Source of the DNA: Candidatus Latescibacterota bacterium
Lineage (GTDB): Bacteria; Latescibacterota; UBA2968; GCA-2709665
Length of the DNA stretch: 64,000 nt
Direction of reading: 5' to 3'
NCBI GenBank assembly: GCA_965226795.1
Contig: CBDDDZ010000005.1
Location: 2,816,001-2,880,000 of the forward strand
Part shown: in pieces, positions 49,257 to 59,945 of the stretch
How the letters are laid out: the number at the start of each line of letters is the position of its first letter
Position numbering within the stretch: position 1 is the stretch's first letter
Position numbers and translations under genes: made by a program
The notes under the pieces: generated by a model
The model's input: only the letters and a program-made list of their open reading frames with translations
Database searches by the model: none
Told to the model about the DNA's origin: nothing

Positions 49257-52200
49257 CTAGTTGGCCTTCCGCTCGGCGCGCGTTTCCATCCATTCGTAGA
49301 TCACAGGAAGGAGAAACAGCGTCAAAAGCGTCGATGTGATGAGGCCGCCCACCACCACAGAGGCGAGCGGACGCTGCATCTCCGCACCCACGCCCGAAGA
49401 TAGCAACATCGGCATCAGACCCAGGATGGATGTGCTTGCGGTCATTAAGACGGGACGCAGACGAAGCGCAGCGCCCTTTCGTACCGCCTCCTCCACGGAG
49501 TGTCCGTTCTGCCGGAGTTCGTTGATGAAACTCACGAGGACGATACCGTTGAGCATCGCCACGCCGAATACGGCGATGAATCCGATCGCCGAGGGGACCG
49601 ACACGTATTGTCCGCTGATGAAGAGCGCGATCAGCCCCCCAATGGTGGCAAACGGCACGTTGGCGATAATAAGCGTGGCGTACTTCACCGAGTTGAACGC
49701 GGTATAAAGGAGTACAAAGATAAAAAAGATCGTTAGCGGCACGATGATGGACAGCCTCGCCAGGGCGCGTTGCTGGTTCTCGAACGCGCCACCCCACTCG
49801 ATCCAGTATCCCGGCGGCAGATCGATCTGCCTCTGGATAGCCGCATTCGCCTCGCGGACAAAACCGTCGATATCGCGGCCTCGAACGTCCATCTGTATGA
49901 CTGCATATCGGTGCAGTTGTTCCCTGCGAACGAAGGAATAGCCCTGCGCCACGCTCACATCGGTGACCGCCGAGAGGGGAACGATGGCGCCGCCGCTGGT
50001 CTTAAGCGGTATGCGCCTGATCGCCTGCACGGAGGCCTTGGACGCGTCGTTCAACCGAGCCGTTATGTCGAAGCGGCGGACACCGTCGATCAGGGTGGAC
50101 ACCGGTTCGTTGCCGATGCCGGTCCGCACAACCGACAACACGTCGTCGGCATTCAAGCCGAAGCGCGCGAGGCGATCCCGCTTGACCTGGATGCGAATCT
50201 GCGGTTTGCCGGTATTGGCCTCCAGCGAGAGGTCGGCCACGCCGTCGATAGAGGCGATGACATTTTTGACCTCGATGCTCAGCCGGTTGAGTTCGGCCAG
50301 ATCCTCGCCGTAGATCTTGGCGGCGAGCGTCGCGCGAACGCCGGAAATGAGTTCCTCGACGCGCATCTGGATCGGCTGCGTAAAGGCCACGACGGCGGTT
50401 GGAACCACAACCTCCAGTTTTTCGCGCATCGCTTCGGCCAGTTCCCCGATGTCCCTGTCTCCCGGCCACTCGTCCTCCGGCTCGAGTTCGGTGTAAATCT
50501 CCATGTAGTTCACGTCGGCCGTCTCGCCCTTCTCGGCGCGGCCGATCATGGCCACCGTGGTCTTCACTTCCGGAAACTCGGACAGGGCGTTCTCGATGTC
50601 CTTGGAGATTGCGATCGAATGCTCGAGCGACGCGGACGGGATGGACGTGACGCGCCACATGATCGAGCCTTCCTGCAACTGGGGCATGAACTCTCTACCG
50701 AGAAAGGGAAAGAGCGCGAGGCTGGCCGCCAGCAACCCGACGGCGGTTAGGACCACGACCTTCTTGTTCGCCAGGGCTCCGGACAGGAGCGGTATATAGC
50801 GCGCCTTGACCGCGCGCACCAGCCATGTATCGCGTTGTACCTTCGGCTTCAGGATCAGGGCGGCCAATACGGGTATCAATGTGAGCGTCAGCACGAGCGA
50901 ACCGGCCATCGCGAAGCTGATATTGAACGCCATGGGCTTGAAGAGCTTGCCTTCAAGACCCTCGAGCGCAAACAGCGGCAGAAACACCACAATGATGATC
51001 AGAATGGCAAAGGCGATCGGATTTGCCACACTCCGCGTAGCGGCCAGCACGGAGGCGGAACGATCCACGGTCTGGCCGGCTTCCTTCTGCTCCGCCATAA
51101 TGCGGAAGGCGTTCTCCACCACGACCACGGCGCCGTCGACGATCATGCCGATCCCGATCGCAAGGCCGGCCAGCGACATGAGATTGGCGGAGAGTCCCGC
51201 CTGGCTCATGAAGATAAAGGCGACCAGCATCGCCAGCGGTATGGACGCGATCACAACTACGGCAGAACGCAGTTCGCCGAGAAACAGGAACAACACGACC
51301 GCCACGACAACGGCGCCCTGCACAAGCGCGTTTACCGCCGTTCCCACCGATCGCTTCACCAGGTCGGTGCGTTCGTAAACAGGGCGCAGGGTGACACCTT
51401 CCGGCAGTGACCGATTGACGATTGCGACTTTCTCTTTAACGGCGTCGACCACATTGGCGGCGTTTTCGCCGATTCGCGAAAGGGCCATGCCGAGTACGAC
51501 TTCATTGCCATCGCGGGTAACGGCGCCGAAGCGGAGGGCCCCTCCCTGTACAATGTCGGCGACGTCGCGCAGGTATACTGGCGTGCCGTCCTCGACCTTG
51601 ACGACCATGGCGCCGATGTCCTGTTCGTTCTCGACCAGGCCGAGTCCACGCACCAGATACTGTTCGGCCCCCAGGTTGATGTACTGCCCACCGACCTGCC
51701 GGTTGTTGGCCTCGATCACTTCGATGACGTCCGTGAAGGTGAGGTCGTACTCGATGAGACTCAAAGGATCCATGACCACCTGGTACTGGCGCTCCTGCCC
51801 TCCCCACGAGATAACGTCGTCCACGCCGGGCGCGGTGCGCAAAATCAATCGGACGCTCCAGTCGTGGAGCGTCCGCAAATCCATGTCCGTGATCTCGGCA
51901 TTGAGCTTTTCATCGGTCCGTTCGAGCGTGTACCAGAACACCTGGCCGAGGCCCGAGGTATTCGGCCCCATTTCCGGCGTGCCGTAACCTTCGGGAATCC
52001 GGTCACCAACTTCCTGGAGGCGTTCCATCACGAGACGGCGTGCGAAGTAGATGTCCATGTCGTCTTCAAAATACACCGCCACGTACGACAGACCGAACAG
52101 GCTGACCGAGCGGATCTGCTGCACCCTGGGCAAGCCCGCCATGCCGGATTCGATGTGAAAAGTGAGGAGTTGTTCGACGTCCTCGGCAGCCAGACCCGGC

Positions 52201-52358
52201 GATTCGGTGTAGATATTGACCTGGGCGGGTGTCACGTCGGGAAACGCATCGATCGGCACGGTCACAACAGCGCGCCAACCCAGAAATGCGACCACCCCGA
52301 AGGCGATCAGCACAAGGAACTTGTAGCGCACAGAGGTTTCAACGAGTTTTTCCAGCAC
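49257..52358 (-). CDS. czcA: CzcA/CusA-family heavy-metal RND transporter
   Basis: IDAFPDVT, NLMSLAGLAIGIGMIVDGAVVVVEN, EGKLFKPMA and RLRPVLMTA motifs. Confidence 0.93.
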   Translation of the reverse strand: MLEKLVETSVRYKFLVLIAFGVVAFLGWRAVVTVPIDAFPDVTPAQVNIYTESPGLAAEDVEQLLTFHIESGMAGLPRVQQIRSVSLFGLSYVAVYFEDDMDIYFARRLVMERLQEVGDRIPEGYGTPEMGPNTSGLGQVFWYTLERTDEKLNAEITDMDLRTLHDWSVRLILRTAPGVDDVISWGGQERQYQVVMDPLSLIEYDLTFTDVIEVIEANNRQVGGQYINLGAEQYLVRGLGLVENEQDIGAMVVKVEDGTPVYLRDVADIVQGGALRFGAVTRDGNEVVLGMALSRIGENAANVVDAVKEKVAIVNRSLPEGVTLRPVYERTDLVKRSVGTAVNALVQGAVVVAVVLFLFLGELRSAVVVIASIPLAMLVAFIFMSQAGLSANLMSLAGLAIGIGMIVDGAVVVVENAFRIMAEQKEAGQTVDRSASVLAATRSVANPIAFAILIIIVVFLPLFALEGLEGKLFKPMAFNISFAMAGSLVLTLTLIPVLAALILKPKVQRDTWLVRAVKARYIPLLSGALANKKVVVLTAVGLLAASLALFPFLGREFMPQLQEGSIMWRVTSIPSASLEHSIAISKDIENALSEFPEVKTTVAMIGRAEKGETADVNYMEIYTELEPEDEWPGDRDIGELAEAMREKLEVVVPTAVVAFTQPIQMRVEELISGVRATLAAKIYGEDLAELNRLSIEVKNVIASIDGVADLSLEANTGKPQIRIQVKRDRLARFGLNADDVLSVVRTGIGNEPVSTLIDGVRRFDITARLNDASKASVQAIRRIPLKTSGGAIVPLSAVTDVSVAQGYSFVRREQLHRYAVIQMDVRGRDIDGFVREANAAIQRQIDLPPGYWIEWGGAFENQQRALARLSIIVPLTIFFIFVLLYTAFNSVKYATLIIANVPFATIGGLIALFISGQYVSVPSAIGFIAVFGVAMLNGIVLVSFINELRQNGHSVEEAVRKGAALRLRPVLMTASTSILGLMPMLLSSGVGAEMQRPLASVVVGGLITSTLLTLFLLPVIYEWMETRAERKAN

Positions 52359-52367
52359 CGGGGCCCC

Positions 52368-53489
52368 TTAATGCGCGTGGCCGCCGCCCAGTGAAGACTT
52401 GAGCATCAGCGATTTGAGATGGAAAACACCGGCAACCGCGATATCGTCACCAGCATGCAGCCCGGAGACGACAACCGTCCAGTCGCCCATGGTGGGACCA
52501 ACGACAATGGCTTCAGCGTGAAATTCATGACCGTCTTCGATCTTGAACACGGTCGGCGTATCATCGATCATCGTCAACGCGGCGCTCGGTACCGCCAACA
52601 CCGGATCCCTGGTGCCGGTCACAATCTCTGTTTCGACAAACTGTCTCTCGTGCAGCAAGTCGTCGGGGTTGTCGACTTCTATACGGACGCCCTTGGTGCG
52701 CGTGGTCTCATCCACACGGTGATAGCGTTGAATGACCGTACCGTGGAACCAGTTGACGCCGTCCGGACTGACCCGCGCGGCACTGCCCTTGTGGATGTCG
52801 GGCAGGCCCTCGGCGATCGTCCTGGCTTCCACCCACATCACCGATTCGTCGCTGATGTCGAAGAGCACCCGGCCCGGTTCGATCAGTTCGCCCACGATGA
52901 AGTCATCCCGGAGAATGGTGCCCGCCCGCGGTGCGAGCAGTTCGAATACCCCGCTGGCCCTGTCCGCGTCGGCGGAATTCATCAGCGCGTCCGCCTGCGC
53001 TTCGGTCATGCCGTAGGCCAGTACTTTGGCCAATGCCAACTGCCGTGCCACCTGGGCTTCCGTGTAGCGGCGCTCGGATACGGATTGCCGACCGAGGCTT
53101 CTGGAACGCTCCCATTCCCGATTGGCGACGATCAACTCGCCCTGTGCTTCGGCCATGGCCACACCGGAAAGCGTCACCAGCGGCTGGCCGGCTTTGACCG
53201 ATTCACCGAGGGTGGCATGCCGGGCGACGACCTGCGCCGTAATTCGCGGCGTGACACGGGCCGACCTGTACATATTGATCACCACATTGCCGGGAACGCG
53301 TACCGTCTCGCTCAGCGCACGCGGTGCAACGCGGCCGATGACGATGCCGGCCGCGCGCTGTTCTGCGGTTGTCAGCTCGATTTTACCGGCCTCTTGGCCT
53401 TCCGGTTTTTCGTGGCCGGCTTCTTCCGCAAAGACGGGGGCGACCATTGCCAGGCTCAGGCACGCCGCCCACAATGTCCCGGTGTTCAT
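52368..53489 (-). CDS. czcB: CzcB-family periplasmic adaptor (membrane fusion protein)
   Basis: Signal peptide; VKAGQPL, LAPRAG, TRT...R and AVPSAA motifs; C-terminal GGGHAH. Confidence 0.88.
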   Translation of the reverse strand: MNTGTLWAACLSLAMVAPVFAEEAGHEKPEGQEAGKIELTTAEQRAAGIVIGRVAPRALSETVRVPGNVVINMYRSARVTPRITAQVVARHATLGESVKAGQPLVTLSGVAMAEAQGELIVANREWERSRSLGRQSVSERRYTEAQVARQLALAKVLAYGMTEAQADALMNSADADRASGVFELLAPRAGTILRDDFIVGELIEPGRVLFDISDESVMWVEARTIAEGLPDIHKGSAARVSPDGVNWFHGTVIQRYHRVDETTRTKGVRIEVDNPDDLLHERQFVETEIVTGTRDPVLAVPSAALTMIDDTPTVFKIEDGHEFHAEAIVVGPTMGDWTVVVSGLHAGDDIAVAGVFHLKSLMLKSSLGGGHAH

Positions 53490-53526
53490 CGGTGTTTCTC
53501 CATTTCTGTTCGGCTGATACGACGAT

Positions 53527-54786
53527 TCACCGGCCCACGCCGTAACCGATCCAGGCGTCAATCAGTCCGGAAGCCGACAACCATTCCAACCACGCCCGCC
53601 ACAGCGATTCCTGAAGGACCAATGCACTCTCACGGACGTCCAGCGTCTGCCCGGCCTGCACAAGATATTCCGTTGTGCTGATGTCGCCGGCCTTCCACAG
53701 CCTCCGCAGTTGCTCCTGCAGCCGGGCGAGGCTCGCCTGTCCCGTTTTCCGCCATTCTCCCCAGGCGGCGCGTGCCAGTTGGTAGCGCTCCATCGCGCTG
53801 ATCAGCCGGGCACGGGCACGTTGCGATACGTCTTCGCCGGCCTGCCGCGCCGCACGGTGCTCGGCTGCGGCTGCGCTTACTTCATCCTTGAAGCGGTTGA
53901 GCAACGGTAACGGAATCGATAATTCTGCCACGGTGAGCGGATCGCCTGCCTCCTTGCCTGCCGCCACGCTCAGGGTCGGATCGGGACGTCGTTCCCGCCG
54001 GCGAAGCTCCACCAGGGCTTCCGCGGCGTCCGCACGGCGCCGGGCGGCAAGGACTTCCGGGAGCGCGTTGACCAGGGACTGCGCGTGGGCGCCATCCGGC
54101 AGGTCCGGCAGTGATGCCGGGAGCAGCGGCCATTGCGAAATGGGCAAGTACGGAGCGAGACCGCGGACCGCCTGCCTCGCTTCGGAAAGCGCCGCCGCCG
54201 CCGTGGCTCTTTGGATACGTGCGTCCACGGATGCGAGCCGCGCCAGATCCAGCTCCACCTGGTTCAAATCGCCCATCTCGAACCGGCGTTGCGCCAGCGT
54301 TGCGAACTCGTGCATCAACGCTCGCCGCGAAGAGGCCAGGCTGTCACGTTCGACGCTGGCCTGGTGCGCCGCCAGGCCATTCAGCAACTCGACGGTTACC
54401 CCGCGGCGTACCAGGGCGAAATCCGCCTTGGCGACTCGCCGCTCCGATTCCGCCAGCGCCGTACGCGCCCGGCCTTTGCCACCCCAATCGATCGTGTATC
54501 CGATACCAACCGTGTAACGCGTTTCGTGCGATTTTTCAAAGTTTGCACCGATCTCCGGGTTGTAGAGCGGCCGCGACGCGGCGTCTCGATAGCTTGCGCT
54601 CGCTTCAACCGCGGCTCGGGCGGCCTTGACGCGCGGATTCGCGTCGACAACCGTTTGCACGAATTGCCGTAGCGCGGGATCGGCCGGAGCAACATCAGCA
54701 CCGCCCGGGGCGGCAGCCCAGGCAATACACGGCGTGGTCGTGCCGGCGCCCAACCAGAGGATGAACCCGAACAATGATGTTCGCAT
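53527..54786 (-). CDS. czcC: CzcC/TolC-family outer-membrane efflux protein
   Basis: NP...AAR, NPEI, PDPTL and SIPLPL motifs; first gene of a C-B-A arrangement. Confidence 0.85.
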   Translation of the reverse strand: MRTSLFGFILWLGAGTTTPCIAWAAAPGGADVAPADPALRQFVQTVVDANPRVKAARAAVEASASYRDAASRPLYNPEIGANFEKSHETRYTVGIGYTIDWGGKGRARTALAESERRVAKADFALVRRGVTVELLNGLAAHQASVERDSLASSRRALMHEFATLAQRRFEMGDLNQVELDLARLASVDARIQRATAAAALSEARQAVRGLAPYLPISQWPLLPASLPDLPDGAHAQSLVNALPEVLAARRRADAAEALVELRRRERRPDPTLSVAAGKEAGDPLTVAELSIPLPLLNRFKDEVSAAAAEHRAARQAGEDVSQRARARLISAMERYQLARAAWGEWRKTGQASLARLQEQLRRLWKAGDISTTEYLVQAGQTLDVRESALVLQESLWRAWLEWLSASGLIDAWIGYGVGR

Positions 54787-54909
54787 AGAGCCAATTCCAA
54801 ATTCTGCACTCCGCAACGCGGCCAACGCGGATCGATGCGTGCGTTCCTGAACGCGTAGAAAGCGATTTAGTCGTCGGGCAGAGCCACCGGTGGAATTCAC
54901 CCAAAACGA

Positions 54910-54938
54910 CGTCGGGACGATTATACTCGTCCCGACGC
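54910..54938 (-). terminator. Probable intrinsic terminator after the porin gene
   Basis: cgtcgggacga-ttatac-tcgtcccgacg hairpin; minus strand continues into GTCGTTTT. Confidence 0.5.
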
Positions 54939-55006
54939 CGGCACAAGGGCGTGGTTACGCCGGTTTGAAACCAGGATACGACCGATAAACAGCCGATCGT
55001 GCGCTG

Positions 55007-55738
55007 CTAATACGCGAAGCCCAGACTGACTCCGCCCCAGACCTGGGTTTGCTCGTCTCTTTCGTTGATGTCTTCAATCCAGCGAATGATGCCGATTGTC
55101 GGCGACAATGAGAAGTAGCTCCGGCTGGCATTGAGTGAAACCGACACACCTGCATGGTTGAATCCAAATTTTTCGGTGAGGTCGCTGTATCCGATATCAC
55201 CGGACAGCGCCAGTGAAACGTCGCCCTCGGAAGTCAGTTGGAACTCATGGCCGATACTGCCGTTGAGATACCAGTAATCGAACAGGCCTAAGTCGCGGTA
55301 GAGCGTTAGAGATGGAGACAGAAAACGATCCAGGCTCAGGCCGGCGAAGAATTCCGTGGTGAGTTTGTCGCCCTTTGGTAGACTGGGAAATGTGTACTGG
55401 ATTATGCCAAGCGTAATCCCAACGTTTTCGTACTGTTCTCCCAGATTGCCGTCGTACGTCAACGTGAAGTCGAGTTCATCGCCCGCGTCCTGAATGCTCC
55501 GTTGTTTAAGAGCGGCGGAACCCCAGATGTTGAAAGAAACACCGGATTCACCGAAGCCAACGGTCAGCGACGGTTGCGCGGTGGGCTTGTCCGTGAAAAC
55601 GACGCCCCGGAAGATATAGTGGGAGACGAGATCCACGCCGCCTTCAACCGAAATATTCCCTATCTGGGCAAATGCGGGACCTGAAAGCAGGGTCAACGCA
55701 AGAACAAGTACGAGCGTGCGAGTTGGCATGTTCTTCAT
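55007..55738 (-). CDS. TorF/TIGR02001-like putative outer-membrane porin
   Basis: Signal peptide; D.VSHYIFRG, QPS, WGS and ELD motifs; terminal aromatic residue; adjacent to amtB. Confidence 0.75.
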   Translation of the reverse strand: MKNMPTRTLVLVLALTLLSGPAFAQIGNISVEGGVDLVSHYIFRGVVFTDKPTAQPSLTVGFGESGVSFNIWGSAALKQRSIQDAGDELDFTLTYDGNLGEQYENVGITLGIIQYTFPSLPKGDKLTTEFFAGLSLDRFLSPSLTLYRDLGLFDYWYLNGSIGHEFQLTSEGDVSLALSGDIGYSDLTEKFGFNHAGVSVSLNASRSYFSLSPTIGIIRWIEDINERDEQTQVWGGVSLGFAY

Positions 55739-56057
55739 TCCTCCATTCTTTTTGGTGATATCCGCCATGGATCTCACCGGGACCGGAAGTTGATGATACT
55801 TTCGTGAATTCCTGCTGAGAGAATAGGTTGACAGGGACGGGAGTCGGCCGTGAAGAACGTGACGAGTTGCCAGCAATGACATCCTGCGGCCAGCGCATCC
55901 CTCCAGCCGACTGCGATGGCGTAAGTCGAAAAAGGAATGCGTTTTCCGCGCCTATCAGTTCTCGCCCGGAGTCATACGAGAAGTACAAATATGCTGAAAG
56001 CCTATAGCCAACAAACTGCTTTGCCCCGGGGTCCCGTTTCTTGTATCACCTCCAACT

Positions 56058-57380
56058 CTATATGGTGTAGCCGGTTTCCCCGTGATCGCTAACGTCGAGA
56101 CCCGTGTCCTCTCCTTCGCCATGAATGCGCAACCCGACGACAGCGTCGACAATCTTCAATAGAACGTACGAAACCGCAATGGAATAGATGCCGGCGACGA
56201 CGGCGGCAAAGATCTGGACCTTCAACTGGTTCGCGATGTCCAGGCCAGCTACCGATCCGCCAAACATGGAAGACGCAAAGATTCCCACCAGGATCACGCC
56301 AGTGAGACCGCCAACGCCATGGACGCCGACCACGTCCAGGCTATCATCATAGCCGACTTTTGACTTGAGTACGGTAGAGGCATAATAGCAGAGTGCCCCG
56401 GCGGTTATGCCGATGACCAAAGCGCCGATCGGACCCACCGTTCCGGATGCCGGCGTAATCGCGGCCAGACCGGCGATCGCGCCGGTTGCAAACCCTACTG
56501 CAGTGGGTTTGCCGTGACGAATCCACTCGATGGCGATCCAGGTCAGAGCCGCGAGGGAGGGTGAGATCTGGGTGACCAGCAGCGCCATCGTGGCCTGGCC
56601 GTTGGCGGCGAGCGCGCTGCCGCCGTTGAAGCCGAACCAGCCCACCCAGAGTATGGCCTTTCCGGTCAGGACCATGGGGATATTGTGAGGCGGCGCAGTC
56701 TGCTCCGGATGCATTTTGCGCTTGCCGACGACAATACACGCTATCAGGGCCGAAAATCCTGCGGTCATGTGTACGACGATGCCACCGGCGAAGTCCAAGA
56801 CCCCCATGTCGCCGAAGAAGGAGCCCTCACCTCCCCAGACCATGTGGGCGATGGGGAAATAAACCACCGTCACCCACAGTCCGGTAAACCACAATGCGGC
56901 CGAAAACTTCATGCGTTCGGCGAAGGCGCCGACCATCAGGGCCGGGGTGATGATGGCGAAGGTAAGCTGAAACGCGACAAAAATCGGCTCCGGAATCGTG
57001 CCCGTCAGGGCATCGGGGGTCACGCCCCTCAGGAACACCTTGCCGAATCCGCCGATAAATGCGTGCAATCCGCGTTCTCCTGCGGCCATGCCGGTCGAAT
57101 CAAAAACAATGCTGTAACCGAAAACAATCCACAGCACAGTGACCAGGGCGGTGATGCCGAAACACTGCATGTACATGGATAGCACGTTTTTAGACGGAAC
57201 CAGTCCGGCATAAAACATGGCGAGACCGGGCAGGGTCATGAATAACACCAGCGCCGTTGCCGTGATGACCCAGGCCGTGTCTCCGGAATCCAACTGACCG
57301 GCAAAAACCGCCTGGGGCAGCGCCAAGAGGCTCAATAAGAGCGTGCCTCCAACCAGCAACCAGTATTTTCGACAGTTCAT
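56058..57380 (-). CDS. amtB: Ammonium transporter
   Basis: GDTAW, PGLAMFYAGL, FQLTFAIIT, DFAGGIVVH, WFGFNGGS and DDSLDV.GVHG motifs. Confidence 0.96.
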   Translation of the reverse strand: MNCRKYWLLVGGTLLLSLLALPQAVFAGQLDSGDTAWVITATALVLFMTLPGLAMFYAGLVPSKNVLSMYMQCFGITALVTVLWIVFGYSIVFDSTGMAAGERGLHAFIGGFGKVFLRGVTPDALTGTIPEPIFVAFQLTFAIITPALMVGAFAERMKFSAALWFTGLWVTVVYFPIAHMVWGGEGSFFGDMGVLDFAGGIVVHMTAGFSALIACIVVGKRKMHPEQTAPPHNIPMVLTGKAILWVGWFGFNGGSALAANGQATMALLVTQISPSLAALTWIAIEWIRHGKPTAVGFATGAIAGLAAITPASGTVGPIGALVIGITAGALCYYASTVLKSKVGYDDSLDVVGVHGVGGLTGVILVGIFASSMFGGSVAGLDIANQLKVQIFAAVVAGIYSIAVSYVLLKIVDAVVGLRIHGEGEDTGLDVSDHGETGYTI

Positions 57381-57449
57381 GATTGCTCTCCCTTCGTATC
57401 ATCAGAGGGTAAACGGTTCGAAAACGAATAAATCGGCCCTAGACCCTAC

Positions 57450-57478
57450 ATCGTAAAGTCGTATCCGTTTAATGTCAA
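57450..57478 (-). promoter_or_regulatory. Sigma-70 promoter upstream of amtB
   Basis: Minus strand TTGACA-N17-TACGAT. Confidence 0.65.
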
Positions 57479-57805
57479 GCGGTATTTTGCTGATACGAGA
57501 CAAGCCGCAGGTCACGCCTGCAGGGCAAACAACTCCGTTTTGCGCGGCCTGCCGTTGTCTCTGAAAATTGCCCTGTTTATGCTCCGTCAAGCCGTGAAGC
57601 GGATCTCGACTCCGCAGGCAGCGGACACGTTCGTCACGGTATCGAGCGGTGGATTTCGCCGGCCTGAAGAAACTCGTAAAAGGGCTGCCCGATCCAGGTC
57701 TGCCCGGGGGGCAAGGGCCGATACGCCACCCATCCGACGGATAACCCGGACCGCCGGCGGATCGTCCCGAATACAATGACAGCCAATTGATACCTGGGCC
57801 GGGGG

Positions 57806-58342
57806 CTAATCAGGCTGCTCACCGGGTCGAGTGTGTTCTGAGTGAATATCAAGAAGCACGTTTCCCGTGCTGTCTTTCAAAACAAGCGTCGTTTTGTATT
57901 TCTCATCGCCAGTGAACCGATTGACAATCGTTCCCTCAATACCCAAACCGAAATCCATGTAATTCCATGTCATGGTACCGGTTTTTTCGTCCCACGTACC
58001 AACCCAGAAACTGTGTCCCCCGTCAGAATCGAACGCCCACTTGTGATACTGACCGCTCGTTGCGTCAAAGCGGTGTATCTCACGCGACTCCTGTTCGCCA
58101 CTCCTGCCGGACACCTGTTGAAAACGACCGTTCAGAATCCATTCGGCCGATGACGTACCCGAAAGCTCAGCACCGATGAGTGACCATGCCGCGGGCCTGA
58201 CAACGGTGTGATGCTTCCAGACCCCGAGCCATTTATCGAGGACCCTCACATGCGCCGATTCCTTCGCGAAAACCGGACCCGTCGCCAAAACCATTGTCAA
58301 TACCATCGCGGCCGTCGTTACGAATATCGGGTTCAATTTCAT
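57806..58342 (-). CDS. Secreted protein, DUF1579-like
   Basis: Signal peptide ending VFA; LD...G.W, WILNGRF, YHKWAFDSDG and GTWD patterns. Confidence 0.65.
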   Translation of the reverse strand: MKLNPIFVTTAAMVLTMVLATGPVFAKESAHVRVLDKWLGVWKHHTVVRPAAWSLIGAELSGTSSAEWILNGRFQQVSGRSGEQESREIHRFDATSGQYHKWAFDSDGGHSFWVGTWDEKTGTMTWNYMDFGLGIEGTIVNRFTGDEKYKTTLVLKDSTGNVLLDIHSEHTRPGEQPD

Positions 58343-58374
58343 TCCTTTCCGCCGTCCCCGAATAGGGAAAACGC

Positions 58375-59853
58375 CTATTCGAACCAGTACGAAAACAAAT
58401 CCGCCTGCCTGAGGTAGAACTTGAGCCTGATTTCCTTTCCCTTCAGCGGGTTCAGGTCCGCCCGCTCCATCCACGTTAACCGATGGGCCATCGCGTTTCC
58501 ATCCAGGGTGGCGCACCGGACCCTGGCGTATTCAGGCGCGTGGAATCCATCCTGTTCGATCACTGACGCCGACAGTTCTCCGCCGCGGGCATCCGCATTC
58601 ACGCACAAGCTGCCGCCGGGACAGACAAACGGCTTCGTCACCATCCACCCGGCCGGTCCCTGCGCGCCCATACTTACAAACCCGTCCCGCCGCAGCCGGG
58701 CAAGCCCCGGAAGCTGCATGTACGACAACCCGTGGCTGTGCACAGCCATTCCGAAGTAAAACCAGAGTTCATCTCCCACGGCGACGGGCGCGTTGGAAGG
58801 CCAGAGAACCCCGGAATCCAACCCACCGGGGGTCGTATCCAGAAACGGCACGCGCCCCTCCGACCGATTCCAGTGAATCCCGTCCCGGCTTGTTACCAGT
58901 TCTATAAAGCACCGTCCCAGCATCGCGGAATGTGCCGGCCAATTTGGCAGCCGGTAGGGAAACCGCTTGGGTCGCTCTTCGGCGAACCCTTCGTGCACGC
59001 ACAGCAACCCCACATACATTCCCTCGTAAAAAAAGACGCCGACCGTCTGGAACTCCGTACCGTCCGGATCGTCCCCGTCCGGCGCGAGTACCGTCTCGAG
59101 TTGCGCCCACTCGGTCAAATCCTCGCTCTCACTCCTGGCAACGATCCGAATCGCGATACCCTCCGGATCGATCGCCTCGTCAGGACGGGCTACCTGCGGG
59201 CGGAAATAGGCCACGTAGCGTCCAATGTCTGCGTCCCACCCCGCCAGACAGTTCAGCCCGTCGGAATGCCCGATCCGGCTGGGCACGCGCACTTTCTCCA
59301 CGGCGGACCACGACACGCCGTCCGGCGAAAAGCTGATGTTGCCGGGATAATACAGCATCTTGTACTTGCGGGAGTCATCTGCTTCGTGGCCGTCGATAAC
59401 GACGCATGGCAGCGATCCCGGCGGATCGAACAGCACGTTGTTTTCCAGGCTCCCGTTGATTTCGACCCGATTCAGCGCCGGAAGCCGCCAGTGAACCCCG
59501 TTGTGTGACGCCGCGTAAGCCACCACCGGCGTCCCGCCTCCGTACCCGAAGCCCTTGATCCCCGGCGGCCGGGTCTGATAATACATCTGGAACGTGCCGG
59601 ACGGACCCCGGACCACCGACGTGGGCACCAGCACGTTGCTCGGAAATTTCTCAACGCCACCCTCCCGCGGTTCCCGATCCTCCTCGTATCTCACGCCTTC
59701 CCGCGCATCGTGAAACCGATTCCCCACCAGGAGGGGATTCCCGACGTATTTGACCGGGGAGTGGTAATGCCGGGAAACACGGTAGGTCTCCCCTACCCCT
59801 TCGTTATCCAGAAACAACTGCCGATTGCATTCAACCTGCATCGGGGAACGCAT
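58375..59853 (-). CDS. Uncharacterised GH32-like beta-propeller protein
   Basis: QLFLD, YAASHNGVHW..P.L, YKM, SPDGVSW, SRDGIHW, LRRDGFVS and NADA motifs. Confidence 0.7.
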   Translation of the reverse strand: MRSPMQVECNRQLFLDNEGVGETYRVSRHYHSPVKYVGNPLLVGNRFHDAREGVRYEEDREPREGGVEKFPSNVLVPTSVVRGPSGTFQMYYQTRPPGIKGFGYGGGTPVVAYAASHNGVHWRLPALNRVEINGSLENNVLFDPPGSLPCVVIDGHEADDSRKYKMLYYPGNISFSPDGVSWSAVEKVRVPSRIGHSDGLNCLAGWDADIGRYVAYFRPQVARPDEAIDPEGIAIRIVARSESEDLTEWAQLETVLAPDGDDPDGTEFQTVGVFFYEGMYVGLLCVHEGFAEERPKRFPYRLPNWPAHSAMLGRCFIELVTSRDGIHWNRSEGRVPFLDTTPGGLDSGVLWPSNAPVAVGDELWFYFGMAVHSHGLSYMQLPGLARLRRDGFVSMGAQGPAGWMVTKPFVCPGGSLCVNADARGGELSASVIEQDGFHAPEYARVRCATLDGNAMAHRLTWMERADLNPLKGKEIRLKFYLRQADLFSYWFE

Positions 59854-59945
59854 CGCGAGTCCTCCAGATATGGAAATCATGCACAAAAGCGGCCGAGCCA
59901 AGGGTATTTCGTCCATCCACCCCTACCAAGTCTTGGTATTCTGCG

